Notes under the pieces: model-generated
Seen by the model: the letters and a program-made list of their open reading frames with translations, nothing else
Told to the model about the DNA's origin: nothing
Databases searched by the model: none
Assembly (NCBI RefSeq): GCF_963506605.1
Contig: NC_083277.1
Span: forward strand, 24,552,001-24,616,000
Source: Zootoca vivipara
Taxonomy: Eukaryota
Length of the DNA stretch: 64,000 bases
Direction of reading: 5' to 3'
Shown here: one piece after another, positions 26,552-38,419 of the stretch
Position numbering within the stretch: position 1 is the stretch's first letter
Layout: every line of letters begins with the position of its first letter
Program-made: the position numbers and the translations under genes

Positions 26552-27989
26552 GTAACTTTCTGGTGCAGTTTTCAGAGGCAGGAGTTGGCAGGGATCCCAG
26601 ATCTGAATGGAGTTTGCAGAAGGTTGGTATAGTTCTGTACTAACACGACATGAAACGGAGAGACTTACACTTGTGTGCATTTTTGTAAGTTTGTTTTCTC
26701 TCGCTCGCTCTTGCTCTGCCAGAGGTGGAGCTGAATAGTGTTGAAGTCCCGTAGATGGCCTTTGCAGAGTTAGTTGATCAAAGTGGATAATCTCAAAATG
26801 AGGGATTAACTGCTGCAAGCGGCCCACATAAGCCATTCTGAAATGTGATTTGGCCAAAGTTCAAACGCAGATGGGAGTTGAGTTTGCTATTAACTCAGAC
26901 AAAATGCTGATGTTTGCATGGAGCTATCACAGTATTTTGGAACATAGTAGCTCTTTTTAAACTGTATCGCAAAGACGTGTAATTGTTTACAAAGCTGACT
27001 GATGTCTAAGATTAACATTTCTGCGTGCTTAAAACGCTTAAACTGTTATTTTGTTAATCATATTTATGATTAAAGTGCTTCTGTGATCAAAATAAGTTCC
27101 CTGAACAGAATGTGATCTGTGTTAAAGCGGCTTCTCTGCAGAAGTTTAAAATGCACATTTTTGTAAAAGAAAAAACATTTGACAAGGGTTAGCAACAACA
27201 AAAGATACAAAGAAAGTTGTATCTGGTAATTTCAGCCTTCTGGATGTAAGTGCTGCGTTTGTTTTGTTTGATTTATTAATAAGAACTAGCTTAATAAGCT
27301 AATTTTAGAAGCTAATCACCGGAAAAGCATATTTAACTCCCCTTCATAGCCCAATTGAGCAACGTAAATTTACATGTCAGAGTGCTATAAACACAAAACT
27401 TATGTTTACAACAGAAGATGGTAATAGTTTTGTCATTGTAAATTTCTTGAAGCTGAAATGTGAAAAGAAATTGGTGACCATCTTACCGTGCAAACATAAT
27501 GTGGTTTGCCCTTATTGTTTACTCTGAATAATCACTCAATTTTATCAGTGACAAAGCATGAAGCTGCTTGTATGCTAGAATTTCTGTTGTAATCCTTCTA
27601 CGCAGCACATAGTAATTATACTGCAAGAGTCTAGAATATTTTGCCAACATAACTACATTAAAGTTAATTGAATGACCAAGTGTCTCTTATTCTTAATCAA
27701 ATGTGCTGCTGCTATTGCAAAGAGGTTTTTTTTATTAAAAAAATCCTCACATCAACAAAGCAGTTTGTTTCTACCCAGTTATGTTTTGTCTAATAGCCTG
27801 TTACACCTGCTTCAACCCCTTTGGTGCCACAAAAAGGTACTCTGCAACATTCTGTTTCTTGGCATATTTTATAATTTCAATTGACCCTAAAGTTATCAGA
27901 ATATAAATTTGGGAATTCAAAAAACCTGTAAGACAGGGAAAATAAGTAAAGATAACACAACTGTGTCCTTCTCCCATACATACGTACAT

Positions 27990-28042
27990 ACACACACATA
28001 CACACACACACACACACACACCACACAACACACACACACACA
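27990..28042. repeat. (CA)n microsatellite, interrupted
   Basis: Seen directly. Confidence 0.9.
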
Positions 28043-29301
28043 CCAGCAAAATAGCATCCCATTGAGCTAAATCCACCTCTGGTCTTTGAATATAGGAAAC
28101 ACTGTAGGGTTTCAGTAGGTTGTTCATTCAGAAAATGTGCCTTCTTTGCCATAGTTCTGGTTCACATGTAACAGTAAGCCACACCATGGTTTTGCGCAAA
28201 AGAAAGAGAAAAACCCCCATGTGGGATTCTGTACCAAAGGTTGCAGCCACAGTGCTTCTCCTCAGTTCTTGTTACTGCTGTACTATACAGGACAAAACCA
28301 TGGATTAGTGTAGTACTGTATAATGTCCAAAGCCAGGTCTTGCTCAAGACAAAAGATAAGCAGTAACCAAGGTCAAATTGAGATCTTTTATTTTTTATCC
28401 ATCTGTTTTCAATAACTGTCTAGAAACCTTTTCAGATCTTAATGTTTGTCAAGGCATTGACAGATGTTAAATATATTTGTTTTAAAGAAGAACAGTGGGA
28501 TCTGTTTTTATTGAATTACAAAAGCTGGGATAAAAATTTGTTGGGAAACTACGTACAAAGTGTAAATAGTTCATTAATTCATATATTAAATATTATGCTG
28601 CCTGTATTATGATGACAGAAAATTTCCACAACATGTTAGAAAGCCACATGGCGTATTTGTTAAACTGATGCAGAACAGTGAAAAGGTTTTGTGACGTATT
28701 TACAACGTTCCTTGGCTTCCTGTTCTTCTGGTAGCTGCTGCTGACAGCTTCCACTTAAGACTACTGCCTGCCACTCAGTCTTCTGTTTTTGAACTACTGT
28801 TGCGCTTTCCATAGCCATTGGACTTAATGTTTCTATCTAGTGTCTGATTTATCATACAGATTATTTCAGCTGTTGTGTTTTGTACTAGCGGTAGAACAAC
28901 AAAACTAAAGGAAGTTCTTGGCTGTTGCATTGTCCCAGAAAGGGATCAATAAAATTTATCTGCTCCATCTACTACAGGAACTGCTGAAGATGATTCCTGT
29001 TCAGAGTTCATCCGTGATAGTGGAGCAGATGTGTAGGGTTCAAAGAGATGGGACGTGCGATATGAGCTGTTCTTGTCACATACATCATGCTTTAATGTAC
29101 AATTGTATGGGGTTTGAGGTGTAATGCCATGATTTTATGTCCTGAGAAGGGATAGTTGATCTCATGTGGGTTCTTAAGGCTGGGGAGTGGGGGCACTGCC
29201 AGTGAAATGTAAGAGTAATTCTCCTGCAAAGTATCAGCTTAATACTGGATAAGCAGCAGATTCTGTCTTTCAGATCTCCTCTTTAATTACCACCAGATAA
29301 G

Positions 29302-29381
29302 AAAATTCCTTCAGTAGCACCTTAAAGACCAACTAAGTTTTAATTTTGGTATGAGCTTTCGTGTGCATGCACACTTCATCA
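29302..29381 (-). mobile_element. Penelope-like pLTR fragment (hammerhead truncated at the 5' core)
   Basis: Reverse complement of tgatgaagtgtgcatgcacacgaaagctcatacc...aaggtgctactgaagg. Confidence 0.75.
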
Positions 29382-29585
29382 CAAAAGCCCCTTCACATGA
29401 GGGTCTCATTTGATGTTGGATATCCAAAATCTACATCTGTTGCTCAGCTCCTTAAAAATATTTTGGTACAAGAAATGTTGGATTTGTAATTTTGTCTAGA
29501 TATGCCATTTTTCTACCTTTGCCGTCCTAGTCTAATGTTGAAATTTATATCACCATTGAAGACTTCACTGTCAAAACAATTAACA

Positions 29586-29663
29586 AAATAAAAAAAATCC
29601 TTCAGTAGCACCTTAAAGACTAACTAAGTTTTTATTTTGGTATGAGCTTTCGTGTGCATGCAC
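29586..29663 (-). mobile_element. Penelope-like pLTR fragment
   Basis: Same family as 29302-29381, truncated inside stem II. Confidence 0.75.
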
Positions 29664-32600
29664 AATTAACAAACACTGCCTAAGTAGCCTAGCGAAAAAT
29701 GCAGTTAATGATATTTCTGTCAATCAAAACTATACATTGCAAATTAATGAGTTTATATATGTGTGTGTTACAATGTAACTCCCCTGTCATTTTAAAATGA
29801 TGTAAAATAGAAGATACAGTACTGGTAACTTGCCAATATATGGATCAGATACTATTTTTAACATTGACTTGTATTGGGATTTAAGATTTGCTAAGTGTAC
29901 AGTAGCTAAGAAGGTAGAAATATCCAGCCTTTTCTTTTTTTCTTTTTGCTTGTACGGGTTCAGTATCACTAATATTGGCTCTAGCAAAATCCTACACTGC
30001 TGAACTTTTAAGGCCTCCAAATAGTAAGTTAGCAAATCCACTCTGGGAATCTCGCCATTGTTATAAAAAGACACTTGGCACTTAGTACTTTGTCCTATTT
30101 AGAAGCACACAATTTACTAGGCTATAAAATGCAAATATACTTGCACAGCACGTAGTTTTGTAAATAGACTAAATGGCCTGTTTTGGGATATGGGGGAAGA
30201 TTACTAAGAGGAAAACTAGAAGTGAATCAATGCAGAGATTTATTTGCTCCCAGACGTCTGGGATCCCCTCACTTTTTATTTAGAACTCAGAATTACAACA
30301 GAAGCACATGGCTCATTTTTAAGTTTAAATGTGTAGTTTTGACACCTCGGAGAGCCCTACCTTATTTTGATGATTGGCTGGGAGGGTCTGGTTGATTTAG
30401 AGGTGTTAGAGAAAGGGATGAATTAGCTTGAATGCTAATCCTAACAATTAGGAATAAACTTGAATTAGGATTCTTTGTGCCTCTGACTAACTGGTGTTGG
30501 TGTTTTCACCCCATCCATGATTGATCATGTGATCGATCAAATTATCCAGGGATTATGTTGTTCTTGGGGTGGAGTGGCAATCCTAGGATTTAGAGTTCGC
30601 ATTTAGTGCACCACTGACTACCACAGTGAAATTTGGTCATAAATCAAGCAAGAACATCAAACTTGTATATGAACATATTCCGATTGTAGTTCTTTTTGTT
30701 GCTATTTGTGCAATTACTACCACAGACCCTGAAATAGCAATCATGCTTTGAGATAATTTATGGTTTGGCCACAAATGTGTACACAGATGAACATGAATTA
30801 TTAAATTTACACATGCACACAAAAAGGCTGCTGAAATTCCAGATGAGTAGATCCTTAATACTGGCTTTGCGGTTTCCCCCGTCTGTTCTCTATGCAGCGC
30901 TGCCTTTTCAGGAAGTGATTTATCTATATTGAGATAGGTAATGACCTCCTCCCCAAGTATTATTTAATGTCTTGATGGTACAAACATGGGGTATTCCTTT
31001 ATTATTTATAAAAATGAAAGTACACATTTAGATGTCTGGTTTTCATTCCTATCCCTGAGGTGTGAAAGCTGACCAAAATTAGATGACCTGTGACCTCATG
31101 CAAGGCTGTAGACTTTAATTTAAGAAAAGAAAGCAGGTGTTTATAAACTATCAGTAAATCTTGAGAACCTCACAGAGGAGACATACTGATAGGGCTACCA
31201 ATTGCAGAGTCTTCATTTATGTGTGGTATAAAAATAGCTATGCAAATTTTTGGTTGAAAAAAAATCTACAGTAAGGTTAATCTGAAGGGGCTATTTCAGG
31301 CCTTTTCTTACTTCGTATGAAGAGTCAGTGAGGTTTATGCAGAACTATTCCAGAGTTTTCCTGATACCACTGTTTTTCTTCTGATTCCTTATGAGACCTC
31401 GGGGGGGGGGGGGGCATAGATCCATAAGCCAGTAACAACTTGATTAATGAATAATGCCACTGTCTCCTATGTGATGAATTGGTGGGTAGACACACTGGAA
31501 AGAGGAAGACATGTGTCTCTTCTCAGATTTTGTGTGTGTTTGAATGAACAGTTCTGCAGTAGGAATGTATACTTGGCAGGTTTACCTATACAACCTTATT
31601 GCTTACTAGCAACTTCTTTCATAACAGGTTTAAAGCAGGTCGGATATTTGTCAAACCCAAAGGTTAAAAAACACACAAAACAGTTTCTCTAGCTGTGCCC
31701 AGAATAGAACACTCTAGTTGCACAGTTCTTGGATCCCAAACCTTCAGTTCCAGAGAAACATTAAAGGTGCTCACAGATCTGCTTCTGCACCAGAGAGCAA
31801 GGAAATTGGAAGTTAAGGCACTCGACCTCAACATCTGTGCCATCTACCGTAAATATGTTCTTCAGTGTCTTTTACCCAGCCAGTTTACACCTTAGCCTCC
31901 GGGCACTCACAGTTTCCCTTCACCTTTCTGCCCTAAATCATTTCTCTCTTCATATTCAGTGTATGTATTGGATGGGCAAAGAATTGAATGGAATGTAGTT
32001 CAAAGAAAGGTTTTAAAACTGCTGTGATTCAGCTACTCTTTATATCCTTCACAAGGCAGATTTTCAAGCCAAATTTCTTACTGATATAATTTGTCTTGAT
32101 TTTATGATGAATAGCATTTTCAGGCTTTAAAATGATAGAAAGGTTAAAAAGGAACTCGCCTTAACTATACAGCCATTCCAGCAGCCCTTATAATCAAGGT
32201 TAAACATATTCAAAATTCTGTATAATCATTTTGGGGATTTGTGTTGAGCTTCCGGTGTTGGTTTCTTGTCAGAGTTCTGCCATAACTGGTCTGGTCAGGT
32301 TATGAACAGGGAAAGGGGAGGGGAACAGTATTGCTCAGAGAATCACTGCCGTGCCTAAATAGAGGACTGTGTGTATTCTGGATGCAAGAGTTAGGTAATG
32401 GAGGAAATAGTCCCTGCCAAGTTTGTGCTTCTTTTTTTTTCAGTCATAGGAAATACTAGACTAGCAAAAAATAAATAAAAAATACCTAGCTAATCTGCAA
32501 GGAAGCTTGGTTTTGTAGCCCTTCCAGATAGTGCAATAGTAATATGCTTTTGCAGTCATGTTGCTAGATCTCATTTAATATTACACTTTTTAAAAGTAAC

Positions 32601-32799
32601 AACTGATAAAACTGGAAATACACATCCCTTTTAAAAGTGTCTGGCTTTTCTGTTACAGTAAGGGGAGAAAAATCCTGTGCCTGTATCATAAGTCCTAATG
32701 CTGAATTTTGAATACTGGTTTGAATCTAAGGGATGTGATTAAATTACAGTAGTTTGAAGCCTCAGGAGCCTACACTTATCAGCCTTGATCCTGGTTAAG

Positions 32800-32900
32800 A
32801 TCATAAGAAGAGCCTGCAAGATCAGGCCAGTGGCCCATCCAGCCCAGCATCCTGTCCTCACATTGGCCAACAAGATGCCAATGGAAAGCCCACGAGAAAG
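32800..32900 (-). mobile_element. Old CR1-related LINE/SINE 3' end
   Basis: cataagaagagcctgc...gatcaggccagtggcccatc; related sequence on + at ~23270-23340 and ~44160-44240. Confidence 0.45.
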
Positions 32901-33370
32901 CATAGAGCACAGCAACATTCTCCTTGCCTACGATTTCCATCAGCAGGTGTTCACCAGCCTACTGCCTTTGACAGTGAATGTAGCAGATTCACACTTCTTC
33001 ATTACCTAATGGCTGCAGTATTGCTTAATGAATGGCCTGGTGTGCACATCACACTAAGCCAAACAGTGACTTAGCATAAGCACATGGGTTTCCAAAGAAG
33101 AGACCATGGCCACCTAGCTCGTCCCTGACCACTAAACCATGGTTTGGCTTAGCATGTAGTTCAAACTTGACTCGTGGTTTAGCTTTCGCCAGACTAACCA
33201 CAAGCTACAACCAAGATTCTTTCAGGGGTTTATAGCTCATGGTTTGTCCAGGAGATCTATACCACAAGCCTGCATTCATATGACATGCTAAGCTCTGCAC
33301 ACTTTTGCCCTAAATTATGGTTTGGCTTAACATGATATGCAGACCATAAACTTTCACTCCTTCACCTATA

Positions 33371-33860
33371 CAGTGGTACCTCTACTTACGAATGTTTCTA
33401 CTTACGAACGGAGCTCCGTCCGTCATCTTGGATGCTGTTTAGATAGGGTTTTTTCTACTTACGAATTTTTAGATAGGGTTGGTTACAGGTAGGTAGCCGT
33501 GTTGGTCTGGATCGAAGTAAAATAAAAAAATTCCTTCAGTAGCACCTTAAAGACCAACTAAGTTTTTATTTTGGTATGAGCTTTCGTGTGCATGCACACT
33601 TCTTCAGATCTGAAGAAGATACGAAGATCTTCTTCGTATCTGAAGAAGTGTGCATGCACACAAAAGCTCATACCAAAATAAAAACTTAGTTGGTCTTTAA
33701 GGTGCTACTGAAGGAATTTTTTTATTTTACTTAGATAGGGTTGCTTCGACTTACGATTTTTTTTCTCCCAATGCATTCCTATGGGATTCGACTTACAATT
33801 TTTTTCGACTTACGAATGTGCGTTTGGAACACATTAAATTTGTAAGTAGAGGTACCACTG
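33371..33860. mobile_element. Tc1/mariner (Tigger-like) MITE, host of a Penelope insertion
   Basis: TA TSD; TIR CAGTGGTACCTCTACTTAC / GTAAGTAGAGGTACCACTG. Confidence 0.92.
33482..33732. mobile_element. Penelope-like inverted pLTR pair
   Basis: 95-bp arms 33515-33609 / 33638-33732 with one mismatch; flanking duplication ttagatagggttg at 33469-81 / 33731-43. Confidence 0.85.
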
Positions 33861-34004
33861 TATGTACTTGCCTAGTACTTGAGATCTTCACTGGAGGTCC
33901 TTCTCTAGGTTTCCCACTTATTAATACAAGGTGGGTATTACTAGGGAGAGAGTGTTGATGGCCTCTTTATGAAATGCCCTTCCCCAAGAGGCTTGTGTCA
34001 CACC

Positions 34005-34179
34005 CAGTGCTTTTTTCTGGGGGGACGCAGGGGTATGCATACCCCTAAACATTTTGTGAATCTTTGTACTTTTGTCCATTTACTGTATTTATTTTCCCCG
34101 ATTCCAACTATAAAATGATGGTTTTCTTGAGTCAAAATGAGAGTACCCCTAAACATTTTTTAAGAAATGAAAAGCACTG
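34005..34179. mobile_element. hAT-type MITE
   Basis: TIR CAGTGCTTTT / AAAAGCACTG; 8-bp TSD gtcacacc/gtaacacc. Confidence 0.85.
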
Positions 34180-35111
34180 GTAACACCCACTGAATCTTTT
34201 AGATTCCATGACTTTTTTATTTGCCCAGGCCTTTTAATTACAAATGGCATATTCAACAGTGTTCATTTGCTGGTTTTGAGATGGTTTTACAGTGTTGTGT
34301 CTATGCTGACTTTTAGATCACATTCCTTCTGATTAGTATTGTTTATAACTGATGTTGACGGCAAAAGTTTAAATGATAATTAGTGGTTTTTTCAAATAAG
34401 TTTGTAAACTGCCAAGAGGACTTGAGTTGTATATAAATGTAACAAATAAGTTTGAATGACCCTAGATAAAACTTTCATAATGACTTCAATGCAGTGCTGT
34501 TTAAGGGATTTAAGTCGAATATTCAGCTGCCAGCCACGTTAGAGCGGATAAATTGGGGATGTGCATAACCACAGCAGGATTAGGTGTTTGTGGCTACCAA
34601 CTAAAAACCTGAGATTGCTAGGACTCTGCCCAGGACCAGACTAGGCCATTTTTCCACTTGAGACAAAATGCCCTGCCACCTTCTCTGGCACTTCTTTCCA
34701 TTGCCAACTGATAGCTTGGAGAGAATGGGATGTTCCCTGGGGGACAAAAGACAAGCTACAGCAATGAGATATTCACACTTAACTTATTATTATTATTAGT
34801 ATCATTATTAGTGTTAGTATTAAATGTGTGCCGCTACTTCCTGTAACATTTTCACAGTGGTTTACCAAGTTAAAACAGTATCAACAATAACCGAGCAATA
34901 AATGGCAAAACAAACAGTAAAACAACAGCTGTACAGAAAAACAGTGGGCACAATGTGGAAAGCTAACGCGCAGCAGCAATCTGTGTCCAGAAAAGGCAGC
35001 TTTTTATTTCCACATGTAGTGGGCACTGGGGCAGGAGGAGTTCCAACCTGGTTTAGAACCAGTTCCATATTCTCAGTGTTTGCTAATATACTCCTTCTTT
35101 TTCCCTTCCAG

Positions 35112-35367
35112 AAAGAAGACACAGCTCCTCCAGCAAGCCACCTTTAACCCCTCCTTCCTCTTCAGTATTCTCCCTCTTTTCGCCTCTGACTTCAAAAAGC
35201 AAAGGTAGCAGCGGAGGTGGGAGCAGTCGTTCATCCAGTGGCGGAGGTACTAGTGCATCGTCATCATCCAGTTCCAAGTTGTTGAAGTCACCCAAAGACA
35301 AGCCGCCAATCAGTGGAAACAATAGGCCAATGCACCTGGTACATAGCAAAGGTCCCCATGACAAAAT
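35112..35367 (+). CDS. ATXN7: Ataxin-7 coding exon (ERRHSSSSKPP...KLLKSPK...GPHDKI)
   Basis: cttccag|AAAG...AAAAT|gtgagt; 256 bp; frame continuous with neighbouring exons. Confidence 0.96.
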
Positions 35368-36409
35368 GTGAGTATGCTCTTATAAGGAGAGGCACTAAAT
35401 GTTTAGCAATGGATACAAATACTATCTCCATTTTGTATATCTCATTTTGAAAAGGCATATTTCATTTTTGTCTAGGGCTCCTTCCCAGCAACTGGCATAA
35501 GATCGATGCCTATCTTCCATCCACCCATTCCCTTTCTTGTCCAGTCACTAGTAAAGCGGCACATAATGTTCTGGAGCTAATAGCAACCATGCTTGCCTTA
35601 ACCTGGGGTGTGGTTGGTTTGCAAATAATAGTTAAAGGTAACAATGGTTATCATTAAATATGGTGCAGACCTATATACTTCACTAGTGCTGGAAAGGGAA
35701 AGAAGAGGATAATTCACATGGGTACAAAAGAAAAAGGGCTTACCTATAGGATTCCTGCAGAATATTAGATCTGCACCAGGGTAGGGCTTTGGACTTTTAG
35801 CTGATGGGCTGTCCCTAAAAATTGGATTGCAATCCAATCTGAAGGAGGCTGCACCAGCAGCATCACTGCCGCACCTTTTCATGTTTCTGGAAAGGGAAGG
35901 ATGATAAAGAAAAAGAGAAAAGCCATATCAAATTGAAAAAAGGAAACATACTCATATGGCAAAAAAAGAGTAAAATTTAAGAGTTGGTTACAAGTTGCAA
36001 ACTGGGATTAAATATGTTTCCTGAGTTTCCTAAGCAGGCTGGAAACTTCTGAGTTAGAAGGTCAGAGCCACCCACTAATTTTTATATTTTGTATATTATT
36101 ATCTCTTAAATTTGTACACTACTTTGCCTCCAAAGATCACAGGGCGGTTTACAGTATAAAGTTGTTGGACATAGAAATCATACTGGTGCAACATTGAAGT
36201 AAAAATGTATTAAATATCAAATGTTTTCTGCGCACATACTCTTAAAAGTGAACCTCTGAATCTGATGTATTGTGTACCTGAGAAAGAAAAACAAACCTGA
36301 TCGAATAATATGTGCATACGCTTTATAAAAGGGAGATGAGCAGCCAGACATCCTATTTTCTATTTTGAATTGAACACAGTAAGTTGGATCCAGACTTAAT
36401 CCTCCACTA

Positions 36410-36473
36410 GGGGGTTGGACTGGATGGCCCTTGTGGTCTCTTCCAACTCTATGATTCTATGATTCTATGATTC
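36410..36473 (+). mobile_element. CR1 LINE 3' tail
   Basis: ggggttggactggatggcc...ccaactct(atgattct)n. Confidence 0.85.
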
Positions 36474-37709
36474 ACTAATGGAAACACTCTTTCAGTCCAT
36501 GGGTTCCTTTGGATCTAGTGGCAACCTTTGCCAGATGGGCAATTCACATTGTGGTCTGTGCACCCATTAGGCAACTATGCCTAAAGATTGTATTAAGCGT
36601 GGGACCATTTGCAAATTAAAAAGGGGCAGGAAGCCTTTATTGAGATGTTCACTTTTCTGGTAAAACGGAATAGTGACACAAATAAATCATTGGAGTCAAC
36701 AGCAAAAAATGCAAAATATGTTTTATATTGTATTTTCTCTTTAAAAATTGATTTAAAAGTTATTCATTTAAAAAAACACCATTTTTTTTTTAAAAAAAAC
36801 CCCACATAATCAGTATGCAGGCTCTAACTTATTCCACAGTTTTTTAGTTATCAAAAAGCACAGTACAGTTTTTTCATTCTGTTCCTAGTGCTGTTTCCCA
36901 TTTGAAGCTGCTTGATGCAGTCATTGAGGGTTAAGGCATGGTGGTATCAGTATGCTGATGGCACCGAGCTCTTTACTTCATATCATCTGAACCAGATGTA
37001 GCTATGTCTCTGCTGAACTGGTGCCCGGAGGTAGTAATGGACTGGATGAGGGCTAGTAAACGGAAGGTGGATTCTGACAAGAGAGAGGTGCTGTAGGTGG
37101 GTGGTTCTAATGTTTGGGAACTGTGTATTTAGCCTGTTCTGGGTGGAGTTTGCATTGTCTCTGAAGCAGCAGGTACATGGTGCTGCTAGATCCATTGTTG
37201 TCATTGGGAGCTCGGGTAGTTTTGTTGGCTAGGATATTGCCAGCTATGGCTGGTCTGCAGCTACAGCCGTTCCTCGGTTGAAACACCTTGGCCACAATTT
37301 TGCTTGCTCTGCGCATCATATAGCATCTATTTTGTGGGATCTACACTGGCTACCAATGTGGTTTGGAACCACCTTTTCCCATATCAGCCAGCCTGTGGGG
37401 GGGGCACTGATTATCAGAAAAAGTTGCTTGCTGTGTGAGGTTGTGCTATATGGCATTCTCAGTAATTACACCCCAACTGTGGATTTCCCTTCCCCTTAGA
37501 GGCCTATGGATGGCTACATATCTAATAGAGAGGCATCTGTTCCCCCAGGCTTTTAGAGGACCTGGCTGATCTGCTCTGGAGTTTAGGATTGTTTGTATTA
37601 TGTATCACTGCTCCTAATTTCTGTTTCAGCTGTATTTTACTTTGTGTTGGATGTTTGATGAAAAGCAGTCTACATATTTTATAATAAATTACTTATTTTG
37701 TCCTTGCAG

Positions 37710-37969
37710 CATGACTCCATCTGTCAAAGTGGAAAAAATACACCCAAAGATAGATGGTGCACTATTGAAACCTGCTGTTGGTCCAACCTGTTCTACTACT
37801 GTGAGCTCCTCAATAAAGACTGGCCTTAATCCCTCAATACCAAAGCCACCCTTGCCTTCCCCTGGACAGATACTGAATGGTAAAGGTCTTCTCTCTGTGC
37901 CTCCATACTCGGAAAAGAAGCAAGACGAGAGTACAAATAATAGGAAATTTTTACACAAAAGATTGTCAG
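37710..37969 (+). CDS. ATXN7: Ataxin-7 coding exon (MTPSVKVEKIHPKIDG...NRKFLHKRLS)
   Basis: ttgcag|C...TCAG|gtaatt; 260 bp; within ORF 37642..38121. Confidence 0.97.
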
Positions 37970-38283
37970 GTAATTTTTATAAGGCATTTTTTATTTATTT
38001 ATCTCGCTTGCTAACAATAAAAATAAAAGAGCAACTGGCAAGGGTTCAGAAGCATTGTCTTCCGGCTTCAGATGTACCGTGGTTAATTTCCAACAAGCCA
38101 GCTTCAGACAACGATTTGTGAAATTGGTTAACCAGAGTTCCGGGTCTGGGAGGGGACGTGGAACATGCAATGTTTGGGTAGGTTTGGGCTCATTCACATA
38201 TTGCTGCACCAAAGTTTAGTGTGACACCTGAGCAGAGCTGTTGTATGATAATAAATCTTGTGCACTAGAAATGCTGTCTAAAT

Positions 38284-38419
38284 CAGGCATAGGCAAACTC
38301 AGCCCTCCAGATGTTTTGGGACTACAACTCCCATCATCCCTGACCACTGATCCTGTTAGCTAGGGATGATGGGAGTTGTAGTTCCAAAAGATTTGGAGGG
38401 CCGAGTTTGCCTATGCCTG
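38284..38419. mobile_element. 136-bp palindromic hAT MITE
   Basis: TIR CAGGCATAGGCAAACTC; TSD gtctaaat/atctaaat. Confidence 0.92.

Noticed and set aside
26607-26690. Second ATG-to-gtaagt candidate exon (MEFAEGW...)
   Set aside because: Donor phases reachable from its ATGs (0 or 2) do not fit the phase-1 acceptor at 35112
33030-33345. aaccatggttt-rich semi-palindromic old repeat (similar near 3228, 6870, 60290)
   Set aside because: Probably an ancient MITE, but no clear TIR or TSD to support boundaries
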